Positions 18,951-29,057 of a stretch of DNA of 64,000 nt are shown here, piece by piece (positions within the stretch are counted from its first letter, which is position 1; each line of letters starts with the position of its first letter). The notes beneath the pieces are model-generated. The model was not told the origin of the DNA. It ran no database searches and saw nothing but the letters and a program-made list of their open reading frames with translations. A program made the position numbers and the translations under genes. Origin of the DNA: Polyangiaceae bacterium (GTDB taxonomy: Bacteria; Myxococcota_A; Polyangia; Polyangiales; Polyangiaceae). The DNA lies in assembly GCA_044376115.1 (NCBI GenBank), contig JBILLK010000003.1:384001-448000 (forward strand). Reading direction: 5' to 3'.

Positions 18951-20228
18951 ATGGCCGGTTCGACGACAGCGTCACGTGAAAATCTCCGACGTGAGATTTC
19001 GCGTGAAGAGGGCGGATACAAATGGGTGAAGCGCCTGCTGATCCTGGCGGTGATCCTCGGGCTGATCGCCGGCTTGGTGATCTACCGAATACGCAACGCG
19101 CCCCCGCCCCCGCCCCTGTACGTCTTCGCCGAGCTGACCGAGGGGGACGTCAGCGAGAACGTGCAATCAACCGGCACGGTCAAGCCGGTGACCGAGGTCC
19201 AAGTGGGTGCGCAGGTCTCCGGCCGAGTCACCAAGGTGTTCGTCGACTTCAATAGCAACGTCAAAGCCGGCGACGTCCTAGCGGAGATCGACCCGACGAT
19301 TCTCAGCGCTCAAGCCGACTCGACCTCGGCCCAGCTCGCCTCCGCCTCTGCCTCGGTCAAGCGCGCAGAGGCCAACCTGGAGGCTGCTCGTCTGCGTTTG
19401 GAGCGTGCCAAGAAGCTCGCGACCGAGAAGATTGGCACCCAATCCGACGTCGATGCCGCGCAAGGAACGCATGACGTAGCCGCGGCCGATCTGGTCGCCT
19501 CACGAGCGCAGGTCACGCAGATCTTCGCGCAACTCAAGCAGACCAAGACCAACTTGGACTTCACCAAGATCCTCTCGCCGATCGATGGGGTCGTGATCAC
19601 CCGTTCGATCGACTCGGGACAGACGGTGCAGGCGAGCTTTCAAGCCCCGACCTTGTTCGTGTTGGCCCAAGACCTAAAGAAGATGCGCGTCTTTGCCGAC
19701 ATCGATGAGGCAGACGTCGGCCGCGTTCTTGAGGGTATGGCGGCTGAGGTCAACGTAGACGCCTTCCCGTCGGTAGCGTTTGCCGGGCGCGTGGTTCAGG
19801 TGCGCCTCTCGCCCGTGTCGCAACAGGGCGTCGTGACCTACGCGGCGGTGATCGACGTCGAGAACCCCGACCTCAAGCTGCGCCCGGGCATGACCGCCAC
19901 GGTCACGATCAAGAGCGCTGAAGCCAAGGCCAAGACCCGCATCCCGAACGCAGCGCTGCGCTTTCGGCCTACGCCGCCGCTCGACGAAAAGGGCAAGCCT
20001 TTACCGCAGGAGCCGTTGCCCCGACTCGAACCGGGCAAAGGGCGGATCTGGGTCCTCGTGGATGAAACGCCGGGGGCCGAGAAGGTCGAACCGCTGATCG
20101 TCGACATCGGCATCACCGACGGCGTCTACACCGTGCTGCTCTCGGATCCTCCCAGCCAGAAGATCGTCCGCGATGAAACCGACGCCGTGTCAGGCGCCGG
20201 GGGCAAAAAGAAGAAGGGGCCGTTTTGA
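18951..20228 (+). CDS. MacA-like efflux membrane fusion (adaptor) protein
   Basis: VGAQVSG, SPIDGVVI, GQTVQASFQAPTLF, LRPGMTA. Start could be GTG at 19026. Confidence 0.92.
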   Translation: MAGSTTASRENLRREISREEGGYKWVKRLLILAVILGLIAGLVIYRIRNAPPPPPLYVFAELTEGDVSENVQSTGTVKPVTEVQVGAQVSGRVTKVFVDFNSNVKAGDVLAEIDPTILSAQADSTSAQLASASASVKRAEANLEAARLRLERAKKLATEKIGTQSDVDAAQGTHDVAAADLVASRAQVTQIFAQLKQTKTNLDFTKILSPIDGVVITRSIDSGQTVQASFQAPTLFVLAQDLKKMRVFADIDEADVGRVLEGMAAEVNVDAFPSVAFAGRVVQVRLSPVSQQGVVTYAAVIDVENPDLKLRPGMTATVTIKSAEAKAKTRIPNAALRFRPTPPLDEKGKPLPQEPLPRLEPGKGRIWVLVDETPGAEKVEPLIVDIGITDGVYTVLLSDPPSQKIVRDETDAVSGAGGKKKKGPF

Positions 20229-20989
20229 ACCAGGCGCCCACCGCCGAGGTCCCGCTCATCGAGCTGCGTGAGGTCTCGAAGGAGTACCGCAGTGAGGCCT
20301 TCGTGGTCAGGGCGCTCCGTGGCGTCGATCTGCGCATCGAGCGTGGGGACTTCGTGGCGATGGTGGGTCAAAGCGGCTCCGGTAAGAGCACGATGATGAA
20401 CATCATCGGCTGTCTGGATCGCCCTACGTTTGGCCGCTACATCCTCGACGGCATCGACGTCACCGAGCGCTCCAACGACGCCCGCGCGATCGTGCGCAAT
20501 CGGCTGATCGGCTTCATCTTCCAAGGCTTCAACCTGCTGCCTCGAACGACGGCGCTCGAGAACGTGGAGCTACCGCTGGTCTACCGCAGCGTCAGCGGTA
20601 AAGAGCGTCGAGAGCGGGCGCGCGCGGCGCTCGAATCGGTTGGGCTCGCCGACCGTATGCACCACACGCCGAACCAACTCTCGGGCGGTCAGCAGCAGCG
20701 CGTGGCGATCGCTCGGGCGTTGGTCACCAGCCCACCCCTGTTGCTCGCCGATGAGCCCACCGGAAATCTCGATACGCGCACGAGTTATGAGGTGCTCGGT
20801 CTCTTGCAGGAGCTCAACGCAAAGAACATCACGATCGTGTTGGTGACGCATGAACACGACATCGCCGCCTGCGCCAAGCGCGTGGTCAGCATGCGCGACG
20901 GGCGGGTGCAGAGTGACACCGTCTCCAGCGAGCGCATCATCGCTCGCGAGGCGCTCGCCGCGTTACCACCGCTCGAGGACCACGTATGA
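20225..20989 (+). CDS. ABC transporter ATP-binding protein (MacB/LolD type)
   Basis: [38 protein letters not shown]. Confidence 0.95.
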   Translation: MNQAPTAEVPLIELREVSKEYRSEAFVVRALRGVDLRIERGDFVAMVGQSGSGKSTMMNIIGCLDRPTFGRYILDGIDVTERSNDARAIVRNRLIGFIFQGFNLLPRTTALENVELPLVYRSVSGKERRERARAALESVGLADRMHHTPNQLSGGQQQRVAIARALVTSPPLLLADEPTGNLDTRTSYEVLGLLQELNAKNITIVLVTHEHDIAACAKRVVSMRDGRVQSDTVSSERIIAREALAALPPLEDHV

Positions 20990-22206
20990 GAGTGCTGCTC
21001 GCCGCTATTCGAATGAGCGGGCGCGCGATCATGCGCTCGAAGGTGCGTTCGGCGCTGACGACGCTGGGCATCCTGATCGGCGTGAGCGCCGTGGTCGTGG
21101 TGGTCGCGCTCGGTAACGCAGTCCGCGGTCAGGTTGCAAAGCAGATCGAGACCTTGGGCGCGAACACCATCTTCATCTTCCCGCAGGACACTCGCAGCTC
21201 GGGGGCAAAGACCCAATCGCGTGCAAAGCTCACGGAGGCCGACGCGCAGGCCATTCTGAAGGAAGCCACTAGCGTGAGCGCGGTGACTCCGCAAAGCACG
21301 ACGCGCTCGCAGGTCCTCGTGGGCGACAAGAACATCTCCACGCAGATCTTCGGGATTGGCGAGGACTACTTCAAGGTCATGGCCTTCGAAGTAGCCGAAG
21401 GCACGCTGTTCTCGCAGCTCGAGTATCGAACCAAGGCGAAGGTGGTGATCCTCGGCGCAACCGTGCGTAAGAGCTTGTTTGGTTCGGGCGACCCAGTCGG
21501 TGAATACGTGCGCATTGGTAAGTACCCGTTCAAGGTCGTCGGCGTACTCAAGGAGAAAGGCCAATCCCCATTCGGTGATGATCAGGATGATCGCATCGTC
21601 ACCCCGATCGGCACCTTTCGCTCACGCCTGCTGCCTTCGGGCCAGGGGCGGGTGCAGCTGATCGTCGCGCAGGCCTCCGATGACCTCACGGTCGATCGCG
21701 CGACCCGTCAGATCGAGCAGATCCTGCGCCAGCGTCACGAGGTGGATCCGGAAGACGAGCCCGACTTTGGCATTCGCACGCAGGCTGAAATTCGTCGTGC
21801 GAATGAGACCTCCTTCGCCGCGATCACCACGGTGCTGTCGCTGATTGCAGGCATCTCGCTGGTGGTGGGCGGGATCGGCGTAATGAACGTGATGCTCGTC
21901 TCGGTGACTGAACGCACGCGCGAGATCGGCATCCGCATGGCGATTGGCGCGAGCTACTGGGACATCCTGCTGCAGTTTCTGGTGGAGGCGCTGGTGCTCA
22001 GCATGCTCGGTGGAGGTCTCGGCCTGCTGCTAGGCCTAGGCGTGAACGTAGCCCTCGCGAGCTCGCTAGGCTGGACCTTCGAGCTGCCCATTTCGGCGAT
22101 CGTCGTGGCGGTCGTGACCAGCGCTGGCATCGGCATCGTGTTCGGCTTCTTGCCGGCGCGGAGGGCCGCCTTGCTTTCCCCGATCGACGCGCTGAGGCAC
22201 GAATGA
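20986..22206 (+). CDS. MacB/FtsX-type ABC permease 1
   Basis: RSALTTLGILIG, GGIGVMNVMLVSVTERTREIGIRMAIGA. Confidence 0.94.
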   Translation: MRVLLAAIRMSGRAIMRSKVRSALTTLGILIGVSAVVVVVALGNAVRGQVAKQIETLGANTIFIFPQDTRSSGAKTQSRAKLTEADAQAILKEATSVSAVTPQSTTRSQVLVGDKNISTQIFGIGEDYFKVMAFEVAEGTLFSQLEYRTKAKVVILGATVRKSLFGSGDPVGEYVRIGKYPFKVVGVLKEKGQSPFGDDQDDRIVTPIGTFRSRLLPSGQGRVQLIVAQASDDLTVDRATRQIEQILRQRHEVDPEDEPDFGIRTQAEIRRANETSFAAITTVLSLIAGISLVVGGIGVMNVMLVSVTERTREIGIRMAIGASYWDILLQFLVEALVLSMLGGGLGLLLGLGVNVALASSLGWTFELPISAIVVAVVTSAGIGIVFGFLPARRAALLSPIDALRHE

Positions 22207-23432
22207 CGTTCCTATCGCGGTTCCTAGCGGCGCTGTGGCTGGCCTTTCGAGCCGTTAGTCGCAACAAGTTGCGCGCCGGGCTTACCACGCTCGGTATCAC
22301 CATCGGCGTAGCGGCGGTGGTGACCGTGACCGCGCTGGCGACCGGCGCTCGACAGGGCGTAATGGCGCAGGTCAGCGCGCTCGGCAACAACGCGCTGATC
22401 GTCTTTCCACGCTCCTCGCGTACTTCAGGCGTACGCAACGACGCGAGCTCCAAACTCAACGAACTCGACGCCAAGGCGCTCACTCGCGACTCCACCAGCA
22501 TCGCCGCAGCTGTGCCGTTCTTGCGATCCGCTGCCGTCGCTGTGTACGAGTCGGAGAACACCACCACCAGCGTGATCGGGACGCGGCTCGAGTACTTTTC
22601 GGTGCGCGGCTGGACGGTCTCCGATGGTGAGGTTTGGTCGACGAATGCCGAGTCGGTCGCAGACAAGGTGTGTGTGATCGGCGTCGAGACTCGAAAAAAG
22701 CTGTTTGGCACCGGCGATCCGATCGGCAAGAACGTGCGCCTCGGCCGCTTCTACTTTCAGGTGATCGGCGTGCTGGAAGAGAAGGGTCAGAGCCCGTTTG
22801 GGCAGAACCAAGACGAGATCATCGTCATTCCGATTAGCACCATGCGCAGCTCGATCATTCGTTCCAGACCGAATGAGGTGCACGCGATCTTGTTCAGCGC
22901 CACCAGCGCCGAGACGACGAAGCAGGCGAAGCGGCAAGCCGAAGTGATTCTGCGTGATCGGCATCGCCTGCAAGAAGGCCAGGAAGACGACTTCGAGGTT
23001 CGAAGTCAGCAGGAGTTCCAAGAGCTGCAGGACACCATCTTTGGCTACCTGACGATGCTGCTCATCGGGGTCGCAGCGGTCTCGCTGGTGGTTGGCGGGA
23101 TCGGCGTGATGAACATCATGTTGGTGAGCGTCGCCGAGCGCACGCGGGAGATCGGTATCCGCATGGCCATCGGCGCACGTGAGGCCGACATCCTCATCCA
23201 GTTCTTGGTGGAGGCCTTGGTACTTGCGACCATCGGTGGCTTCATGGGCACAGCCATAGGTTGGGCCCTGATCGCCGTGTTTGCGAAGTTGCTCTCGTGG
23301 AATATCGGGATGGACGTGAGCACGCTGGCCCTAGCGCTAGGAACCAGCAGCTCGATTGGGCTTCTGTTTGGCTTCTTGCCTGCACGCCGAGCCGCTCGGC
23401 TCGATCCGATCAAGGCCCTCGGCCGCGAGTAG
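22203..23432 (+). CDS. MacB/FtsX-type ABC permease 2
   Basis: Paralogous motifs GGIGVMNIMLVSVAERTREIG, PARRAARLDPI. Confidence 0.94.
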   Translation: MTFLSRFLAALWLAFRAVSRNKLRAGLTTLGITIGVAAVVTVTALATGARQGVMAQVSALGNNALIVFPRSSRTSGVRNDASSKLNELDAKALTRDSTSIAAAVPFLRSAAVAVYESENTTTSVIGTRLEYFSVRGWTVSDGEVWSTNAESVADKVCVIGVETRKKLFGTGDPIGKNVRLGRFYFQVIGVLEEKGQSPFGQNQDEIIVIPISTMRSSIIRSRPNEVHAILFSATSAETTKQAKRQAEVILRDRHRLQEGQEDDFEVRSQQEFQELQDTIFGYLTMLLIGVAAVSLVVGGIGVMNIMLVSVAERTREIGIRMAIGAREADILIQFLVEALVLATIGGFMGTAIGWALIAVFAKLLSWNIGMDVSTLALALGTSSSIGLLFGFLPARRAARLDPIKALGRE

Positions 23433-23449
23433 CCGCTGCACAAAATGAG

Positions 23450-23476
23450 ACCGGCGCCTCGCAGGAGACGCCGGTT
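23450..23476 (-). terminator. GC-rich hairpin between convergent genes
   Basis: Minus strand ACCGGCGTCTC-CTGC-GAGGCGCCGGT followed by CTCATTTTG. Confidence 0.55.
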
Positions 23477-23498
23477 CCACATCGCTCGTGCGCGAAGG

Positions 23499-25301
23499 TC
23501 AGCCCTTCTTGCCCAGCAGATCCGCGAAGGTTCCGAACTTCGCCTCGCGGCTAACCTGGTCACGGTACTCCGCGTAGGCGGCCTTCTCAGCGTCTTCCTT
23601 CATGGCGCGGATCGACAGCTTGGTCTCTCCGCGGCGGGTGTCCACCTCGATCACTTTGGCGTCGAGCTTCGTCCCGATCGGGAAGAACTTGCGCAGATCC
23701 GTTCCGCGTTGCGTGCCGGTGTGGCCAGCCGGAATGAAGCCGCGAGCAGCGCGACCGGTGAGGCCGATCACGCGCACGAGCAAGCCCGTCTCTTGCGGAT
23801 GAACCACCGAGACCTTGACCACGCGGTTGGGTCCAACGCGCGGCTTGGGCTCATTGGCCTCTTCCTCGGGCGGTGCAGGGTGAAGCGAGATGCGCCGGGT
23901 TCCACCGTCGCTCTGCGCCACGATCACGTCGATCGTGTCGTCCACCTTGAGGATGTCCTTGGGGTGTTGGATCGGCTTGACCGAGAGATCCTGCGTGTAG
24001 CAAAGCCCGTCGATTCCCGACTCCAGCTCGATGAAGGCGCCGAACGGTTGTAGCCGAACGACCTTACCGCTGTGTCGCGTTCCAACAGCGTACTTCTGAA
24101 GTACGTCGCCCCACGGATCCGAGGTGATGGCCTTGCGGCTCAGCCAAAGCTTGCCCTTCTCGTCGATGCGAAGGACCTTCACCTCGACCGGGTCACCAGG
24201 CTTGAAAAGCTCATTCAGCTTCGCCGTGCGATCGTGAGCGGCCTCGGTCGCGTGGACCAAGCCCTCAACGTTGCCGGCCTCCGGCAGCGCGACGAACACG
24301 CCCCACTGCATGACCGTGCGCACGATGCCCTGGTGAATCGACCCTGGGGTCAACACCTTGAGCGCGTCCGCGCGGGCCTGTGCAGCCTCGTCGGCAAGGA
24401 ACTTCTTGCGCGAAACGACGACATCACGACCCTTCTTTTCGTATTGGACGACCTCGAAGTTGAGGCGGCGCCCGACGAGATTCGAGAGGTCGGCGTTGGG
24501 CCGAAGTTCCACGTGGGAGGCCGGTGCAAAGGCGCGAAGTCCATCGAAGTCGACCTCGACACCGCCGCGCACAGCGCCGGTCACGAAGCCCTCGATCATC
24601 TCCCCAGCGGTCTTTGCTGCTTCAACCTTCGCTTTGGCGTCATCCAAGGAGAAAGCGCTGCGTGACATGCGGAGCATGCCGCCACGAACACCGTGGCTCG
24701 CGACCGTCGCGATGAATTGGTCACCCGCTTGCGGGGGCTCGCCGTCGCCGAGCTCACGCCGATCAAAGAGGCCGAGCGCCTTGCCCGCGACATCCACCCA
24801 GATCGAATCTTCGGTGACGCGTTCAACTTTGCCGAAGACCTCTTCACCGATGCGGAAGGGAAGCGGCTCGCGCGGATCAGGCTTGTTGCGACGCTCGCGC
24901 TTTTGGCCTTCCTCAGCGGGAGCACCTTCAACTGCACCCTCCACGGCGCCCTCTGCCGGCGCGCCTTCTGCTCCGCCTTCCTTCTTCTTGCGGCGGCGGC
25001 GGCGACGCTTCTTCTTGGCGCCGTCAGCCGGAGCTGCGCCGTCAGCGGCGCCGTCAGCGGCTGCCTCTCCTGCCTCGGCATCGTCTCCACCTTCGTCGGC
25101 ACCGTCGGCGTCGTCGCCGTCTGCCGCATCAGAGGCGGAGTCACTCTCACTGGTTGATTCGGCCCCAGCAGGTGCTGCCGATGCAGAGTCACCCGCTTTG
25201 GAGACGCTCGTCTCCGACTCTTGTGGGGACGCCTCACTCGGAACGCCATTCGGCGTTTCGGAGGAGGAGGACTGCTCGGCCTGCTCTTGTTCGGTGCTCA
25301 T
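23499..25301 (-). CDS. Ribosomal protein S1-like protein (about five S1 domains) with long disordered N-terminus
   Basis: RAFAPASHV, WGVFV..EGLVH, PFGAFIELESGIDGL, C-terminal FGTFADLL. Confidence 0.87.
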   Translation of the reverse strand: MSTEQEQAEQSSSSETPNGVPSEASPQESETSVSKAGDSASAAPAGAESTSESDSASDAADGDDADGADEGGDDAEAGEAAADGAADGAAPADGAKKKRRRRRRKKKEGGAEGAPAEGAVEGAVEGAPAEEGQKRERRNKPDPREPLPFRIGEEVFGKVERVTEDSIWVDVAGKALGLFDRRELGDGEPPQAGDQFIATVASHGVRGGMLRMSRSAFSLDDAKAKVEAAKTAGEMIEGFVTGAVRGGVEVDFDGLRAFAPASHVELRPNADLSNLVGRRLNFEVVQYEKKGRDVVVSRKKFLADEAAQARADALKVLTPGSIHQGIVRTVMQWGVFVALPEAGNVEGLVHATEAAHDRTAKLNELFKPGDPVEVKVLRIDEKGKLWLSRKAITSDPWGDVLQKYAVGTRHSGKVVRLQPFGAFIELESGIDGLCYTQDLSVKPIQHPKDILKVDDTIDVIVAQSDGGTRRISLHPAPPEEEANEPKPRVGPNRVVKVSVVHPQETGLLVRVIGLTGRAARGFIPAGHTGTQRGTDLRKFFPIGTKLDAKVIEVDTRRGETKLSIRAMKEDAEKAAYAEYRDQVSREAKFGTFADLLGKKG

Positions 25302-25455
25302 GGGTGTCACGTAATGGGTCGCAATCACTGCGTCTCAGCAGTGAGAGCTCGTGTTGACGAAGGGACGCGGAGCCTAGTCGAACCCTGGGAGCATGGCTAC
25401 GCGTTGATCGGGTTTTTGATTCGGTGCGTGTCAGAGTTGCTTACCCATCGCTTGT

Positions 25456-26574
25456 TCAGCGAGCGATGGGTAGATGGCGGTTCTTACCTCCCGAGCGATC
25501 AATGGGAACCGTCTGCGCTTGCCCTGCGAGGTTGTGCGCCGTCACGCGGCCGGCGAGCCGCAGCGCCACGTCCCGAAGTACCTTGGCGGCGGGCGACTCG
25601 GGGGCTGCTTGCACGATGGGTGTTCCAGCGTCACCCCATTCGCGGACGGCCAGCTCGATCGGAATCTGACCGAGCAGAGGCGCTTCGGCGAAGTCTGCCA
25701 CCGCTTGTCCGCCTCCCGAACCGAAGAGCTCGTGGCGTTTGTCGCAGCCGTCGCACAAGAAGTAGCTCTCGTTCTCGACCACGCCGAGGATGTCGATGCC
25801 TACCTTCTTGGCCATCGAGACCGACTTGAACACGTCTTGGAGTGCGACCTCTTGTGGCGTGGTGACCACGATCGCGCCCGTCGTACGGAGCTTCTGCGAA
25901 ATGGTCAGGGTGATGTCGCCCGTTCCTGGAGGTAGATCGAGCACGAGGTAGTCGAGCGGCCCCCACTCCACGTCTTTCAAAAATTGAAGCAGCGCGCTTT
26001 GCAACATCGGCCCGCGCCAGACCACTGCCTGCCGTGCGTCCTCGAGCAGGAAGCCGAGGCTCATCAACTTGAGGCCGAACCGTTCGAGCGGAAGAAATTT
26101 CTTTCCGTCGGCGGAGACAGGTCGGCCGTTGACTCCGAGCATCGTTGGAATGCTAGGGCCGTACATATCCGCGTCGAGCAAGCCGACCTTTGCACCTGTG
26201 CGCTTGAGCGCAAGCGCGAGGTTGGTCGCGACGGTGCTCTTACCGACGCCACCCTTGCCGCTCATCACCAACAGAATGTTGGCGACGTTTGGACACGGAT
26301 CATCCGGCCCAATCGTGCGCTTGGTCATCTCGTACTCATCCATGGCGACGTTAACCGTGGTCGCCCCGAGCTTGGCCAACGCTGCTCGTACTTGTTCTCG
26401 TAAGGCGTCGCGATGAAGGTACGCCGGCGTCATCAAGCGCAGCGCAACCTCGACCTCGGTGTCCGACTTCACCTCGATGCTGCGGATCATGTCCAGCTCC
26501 ACGAGGCTCTTGTTCGTCTCCGGCTCGATCACCGAAAGCAGAGCTTGATGGGCCGTATCTTCCGAGAGCTTCAT
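25456..26574 (-). CDS. mrp: Mrp/ApbC Fe-S cluster carrier ATPase
   Basis: SGKGGVGKST, DADMYGPSIP, WRGPM, DLPPGTGD, ENESYFLCDGC. Confidence 0.94.
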   Translation of the reverse strand: MKLSEDTAHQALLSVIEPETNKSLVELDMIRSIEVKSDTEVEVALRLMTPAYLHRDALREQVRAALAKLGATTVNVAMDEYEMTKRTIGPDDPCPNVANILLVMSGKGGVGKSTVATNLALALKRTGAKVGLLDADMYGPSIPTMLGVNGRPVSADGKKFLPLERFGLKLMSLGFLLEDARQAVVWRGPMLQSALLQFLKDVEWGPLDYLVLDLPPGTGDITLTISQKLRTTGAIVVTTPQEVALQDVFKSVSMAKKVGIDILGVVENESYFLCDGCDKRHELFGSGGGQAVADFAEAPLLGQIPIELAVREWGDAGTPIVQAAPESPAAKVLRDVALRLAGRVTAHNLAGQAQTVPIDRSGGKNRHLPIAR

Positions 26575-26635
26575 GGCTCGGCCTTAGCGCTGACGCGTTC
26601 GACGCGCAATCGTTCGGTCACACCGCTTCGATGGA

Positions 26636-26672
26636 ACGAAGAAGGCCCACCTCGAGGGCGGGCCTTCTTCGT
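26636..26672 (-). terminator. Intrinsic terminator-like hairpin after the Cys-rich lipoprotein
   Basis: ACGAAGAAGGCCC...GGGCCTTCTTCGT, a 13-bp inverted repeat. Confidence 0.7.
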
Positions 26673-26691
26673 GACCAATCGGCCTTCGCGA

Positions 26692-27825
26692 CTACTGAAG
26701 CTCGCTCATCACCGAGCCGGAGGCCGAAACCGAAACCGTCAGGTTCGACGCGGCATCTCCGATCGCTAGCGCGGCCGGAACGATGCAGAGTGCTGCTTCC
26801 GCCGAGAGGTCGCCCTCGATGTTTGCAGCAGCGCTGACCACGCCGTCAGCCGCTTCGAGCAACAGCTGCGCGCGCTTCTCGGCGATCAGGACGATCTCCG
26901 GGAGGTACTTCTTGAGCACCGCGATCTGCAGGCCAAACTCTGCGGCGCCAACCACCGAGACGGCGGGCGGCGTACACTCGGCTTTGGCGCTCGCGCTGGC
27001 ATCACACGAGGCCTGGCAATCGGCGTTCACGTCGCAAGTAGGGGGCTCGAGCTTGCCGGTGCACTTGGGCGCAGTCGCCGTCCCTTCGCAACCGCCTTTG
27101 CACTCGCCATCACACTGGAAGTCCGGCGCATCCACCGAGCAAGAGCCGCGGCACTTGCCTTCACAAGTTCCGTCGCACTGGCTGCCGTTCTGCGTACCGG
27201 AGCAGGTGCCCTCACACTCGCCCGAGCAGGTGCCCGAGCAGTTGACTGCGACCGTCGCTGAGCCTTCACAGCTGCCAGAGCAGCTGCCTTCACACTTGAC
27301 GCTCAACTCGCCTGGATCGCAGCGGACCTCGACGCTGCCCGGGTCACAAGACGCGTCCACCTGGCAGCTGCCTTCACAGCTTGCCTGAACCTCAGCACTG
27401 AAGCTGCACTGCGCCGGCTGGAAGCTGACCGTGATGTTTCCAGCAGCCGATACCTCCGCGACCTTGGCTGCGGCCTTGGAGCACCACTGCGTGGTCAGCT
27501 CTTGCGGGTCCGTCGTGGTAACGCTCTTCGGATCTTCCCCGAGCTCCACCGCCATGTTGCGGCACAGCGTACCGAGGTCGGTCAGCATGGCCGTTGCAGC
27601 TCCGCTGAGGTCACCAACCGCCTGCATGGTGACGCCGAACTGGGCATTGACCTCGCCCTCGAGACCCCAGTCGACGTTGAGCATGTTGGTGCCGGGCTTG
27701 AAGCTCGAGCAACAAAGCGTGTCGAGCGGGTTGGACCCGTCGCAGGCGGGCATCAGCGCCATGGGTGCAGCAAGGAGGCCTGCTGCGAGACTCAATTGGG
27801 CGTAACGAAGCGAACTGGATTTCAT
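26692..27825 (-). CDS. Cys-rich lipoprotein with CxGxC repeats (30 Cys)
   Basis: Signal peptide ending MPAC; central CEGSCSGSC/CSGTCSGECEGTC blocks; helical N- and C-terminal parts. Confidence 0.85.
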   Translation of the reverse strand: MKSSSLRYAQLSLAAGLLAAPMALMPACDGSNPLDTLCCSSFKPGTNMLNVDWGLEGEVNAQFGVTMQAVGDLSGAATAMLTDLGTLCRNMAVELGEDPKSVTTTDPQELTTQWCSKAAAKVAEVSAAGNITVSFQPAQCSFSAEVQASCEGSCQVDASCDPGSVEVRCDPGELSVKCEGSCSGSCEGSATVAVNCSGTCSGECEGTCSGTQNGSQCDGTCEGKCRGSCSVDAPDFQCDGECKGGCEGTATAPKCTGKLEPPTCDVNADCQASCDASASAKAECTPPAVSVVGAAEFGLQIAVLKKYLPEIVLIAEKRAQLLLEAADGVVSAAANIEGDLSAEAALCIVPAALAIGDAASNLTVSVSASGSVMSELQ

Positions 27826-27851
27826 CAAAGCTCCTGAAATTGGTAAGGCGG

Positions 27852-29057
27852 TTAGTTGTTCTTCGCGCATTGGAAACCACCCGGATTCGATAGGAACGGG
27901 TAGTAGCAACGTTGGTAAACGCTGGCACTCGGGTCGACGCCTTCCGGCTCGTCGAGGCACTCGCCCTTTAGACCTGAGGGCGCTTCAGGACAGTCTGCAT
28001 CGGTGGTGCAGGTGTCGGGGAAACTCGCGTCGAAGCACGCTTTTTGTCCTGCCGACGTCTCTTGACAGGAGAGCGAGTTGGTCGCCGAGCCGCCACACTG
28101 AAGGTCGTTCAAGCAGTTGTAGCAAAAGTTGTCGGTGGCTGGCGGCTGGCAGGTCCCAGACTTGGGAATGCAGTACTCGGCGTAGCAAGTGTAATCGTGG
28201 GGGCAGTCAGAGGGCTGCGCGCAGCGCGCCGCGCAGGCAGTGATCTGGTCGATCTGCACGCAGTCCATATCGCCACGCAGTGAGCAGTCGGCGTTGTTGG
28301 AGCAAGGCGCGCACGGCTCTCGCTTGAGGCACGCATTGCGCAGGAGCGAGATGGGGCCTTCTTGGAAGGTCGCGCCGTCCTTGTTGAAGTCCGCGGGAGC
28401 GACGCAGGGTTGCTCGTCACCCTTACCGTCCACCCCGCAAATGGCGTTGGGGGGCGCAATCACACCGCAATAGAACCCAGGTCCGCAATCATCGTCGCTC
28501 GTGCAATCAAATGAAGAGCAATACGCCTCAGCGTCCCCTTGGCCCTTGCTGACGCAAGTGAGCGCACGGCACTCGGCCGCAGAGCACGCGTCGGAGCCCA
28601 CGCCCTCCTCGCAGGTCGTTCCATCCGGGCAGACCCAGTCCCCAGGGGTATCGGGATTGTCACACTCATTGCCGAACGGGCACAGCCAGCCGAAGAACTT
28701 GTTCTTCGGCGATTCGGCGCAAACGAAGACGGTGGAACCGTCATTCAAGCCGTCTGCAGTGTCTTGCTTCTCGGGCGCGCACGCCTGAAGCACGTCGTTG
28801 CCGGCCAAGGGGGAGAAGCACTCGGTGTGGGAAGTGCACTGCAGCTTGCAGCGGTTACCAACGCACGTGTTCCCTTCCAAGCACAGGTCGGGGGAGCATT
28901 TCCCTTCACACTGGCCATCGACGACTACGCCGCCTTCGCAGCTCACGCCGCCCGTACCGCCGCCCCCGCTCCCGCTGTCCCCACAGCCAGTGATTGCCCC
29001 TGGGGCAAGACAAAAAGCCAAACAGGCGAAGAAGTTTCGTCCAAACGCGAGCGTCAT
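27852..29057 (-). CDS. Cys-rich repeat lipoprotein (CxxxxDC units)
   Basis: Lipobox ITGC, Gly linker, repeated CTSHTEC/CTSDDDC/CSNNADC/CAQPSDC/CLNDLQC/CTTDADC. Confidence 0.85.
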   Translation of the reverse strand: MTLAFGRNFFACLAFCLAPGAITGCGDSGSGGGGTGGVSCEGGVVVDGQCEGKCSPDLCLEGNTCVGNRCKLQCTSHTECFSPLAGNDVLQACAPEKQDTADGLNDGSTVFVCAESPKNKFFGWLCPFGNECDNPDTPGDWVCPDGTTCEEGVGSDACSAAECRALTCVSKGQGDAEAYCSSFDCTSDDDCGPGFYCGVIAPPNAICGVDGKGDEQPCVAPADFNKDGATFQEGPISLLRNACLKREPCAPCSNNADCSLRGDMDCVQIDQITACAARCAQPSDCPHDYTCYAEYCIPKSGTCQPPATDNFCYNCLNDLQCGGSATNSLSCQETSAGQKACFDASFPDTCTTDADCPEAPSGLKGECLDEPEGVDPSASVYQRCYYPFLSNPGGFQCAKNN

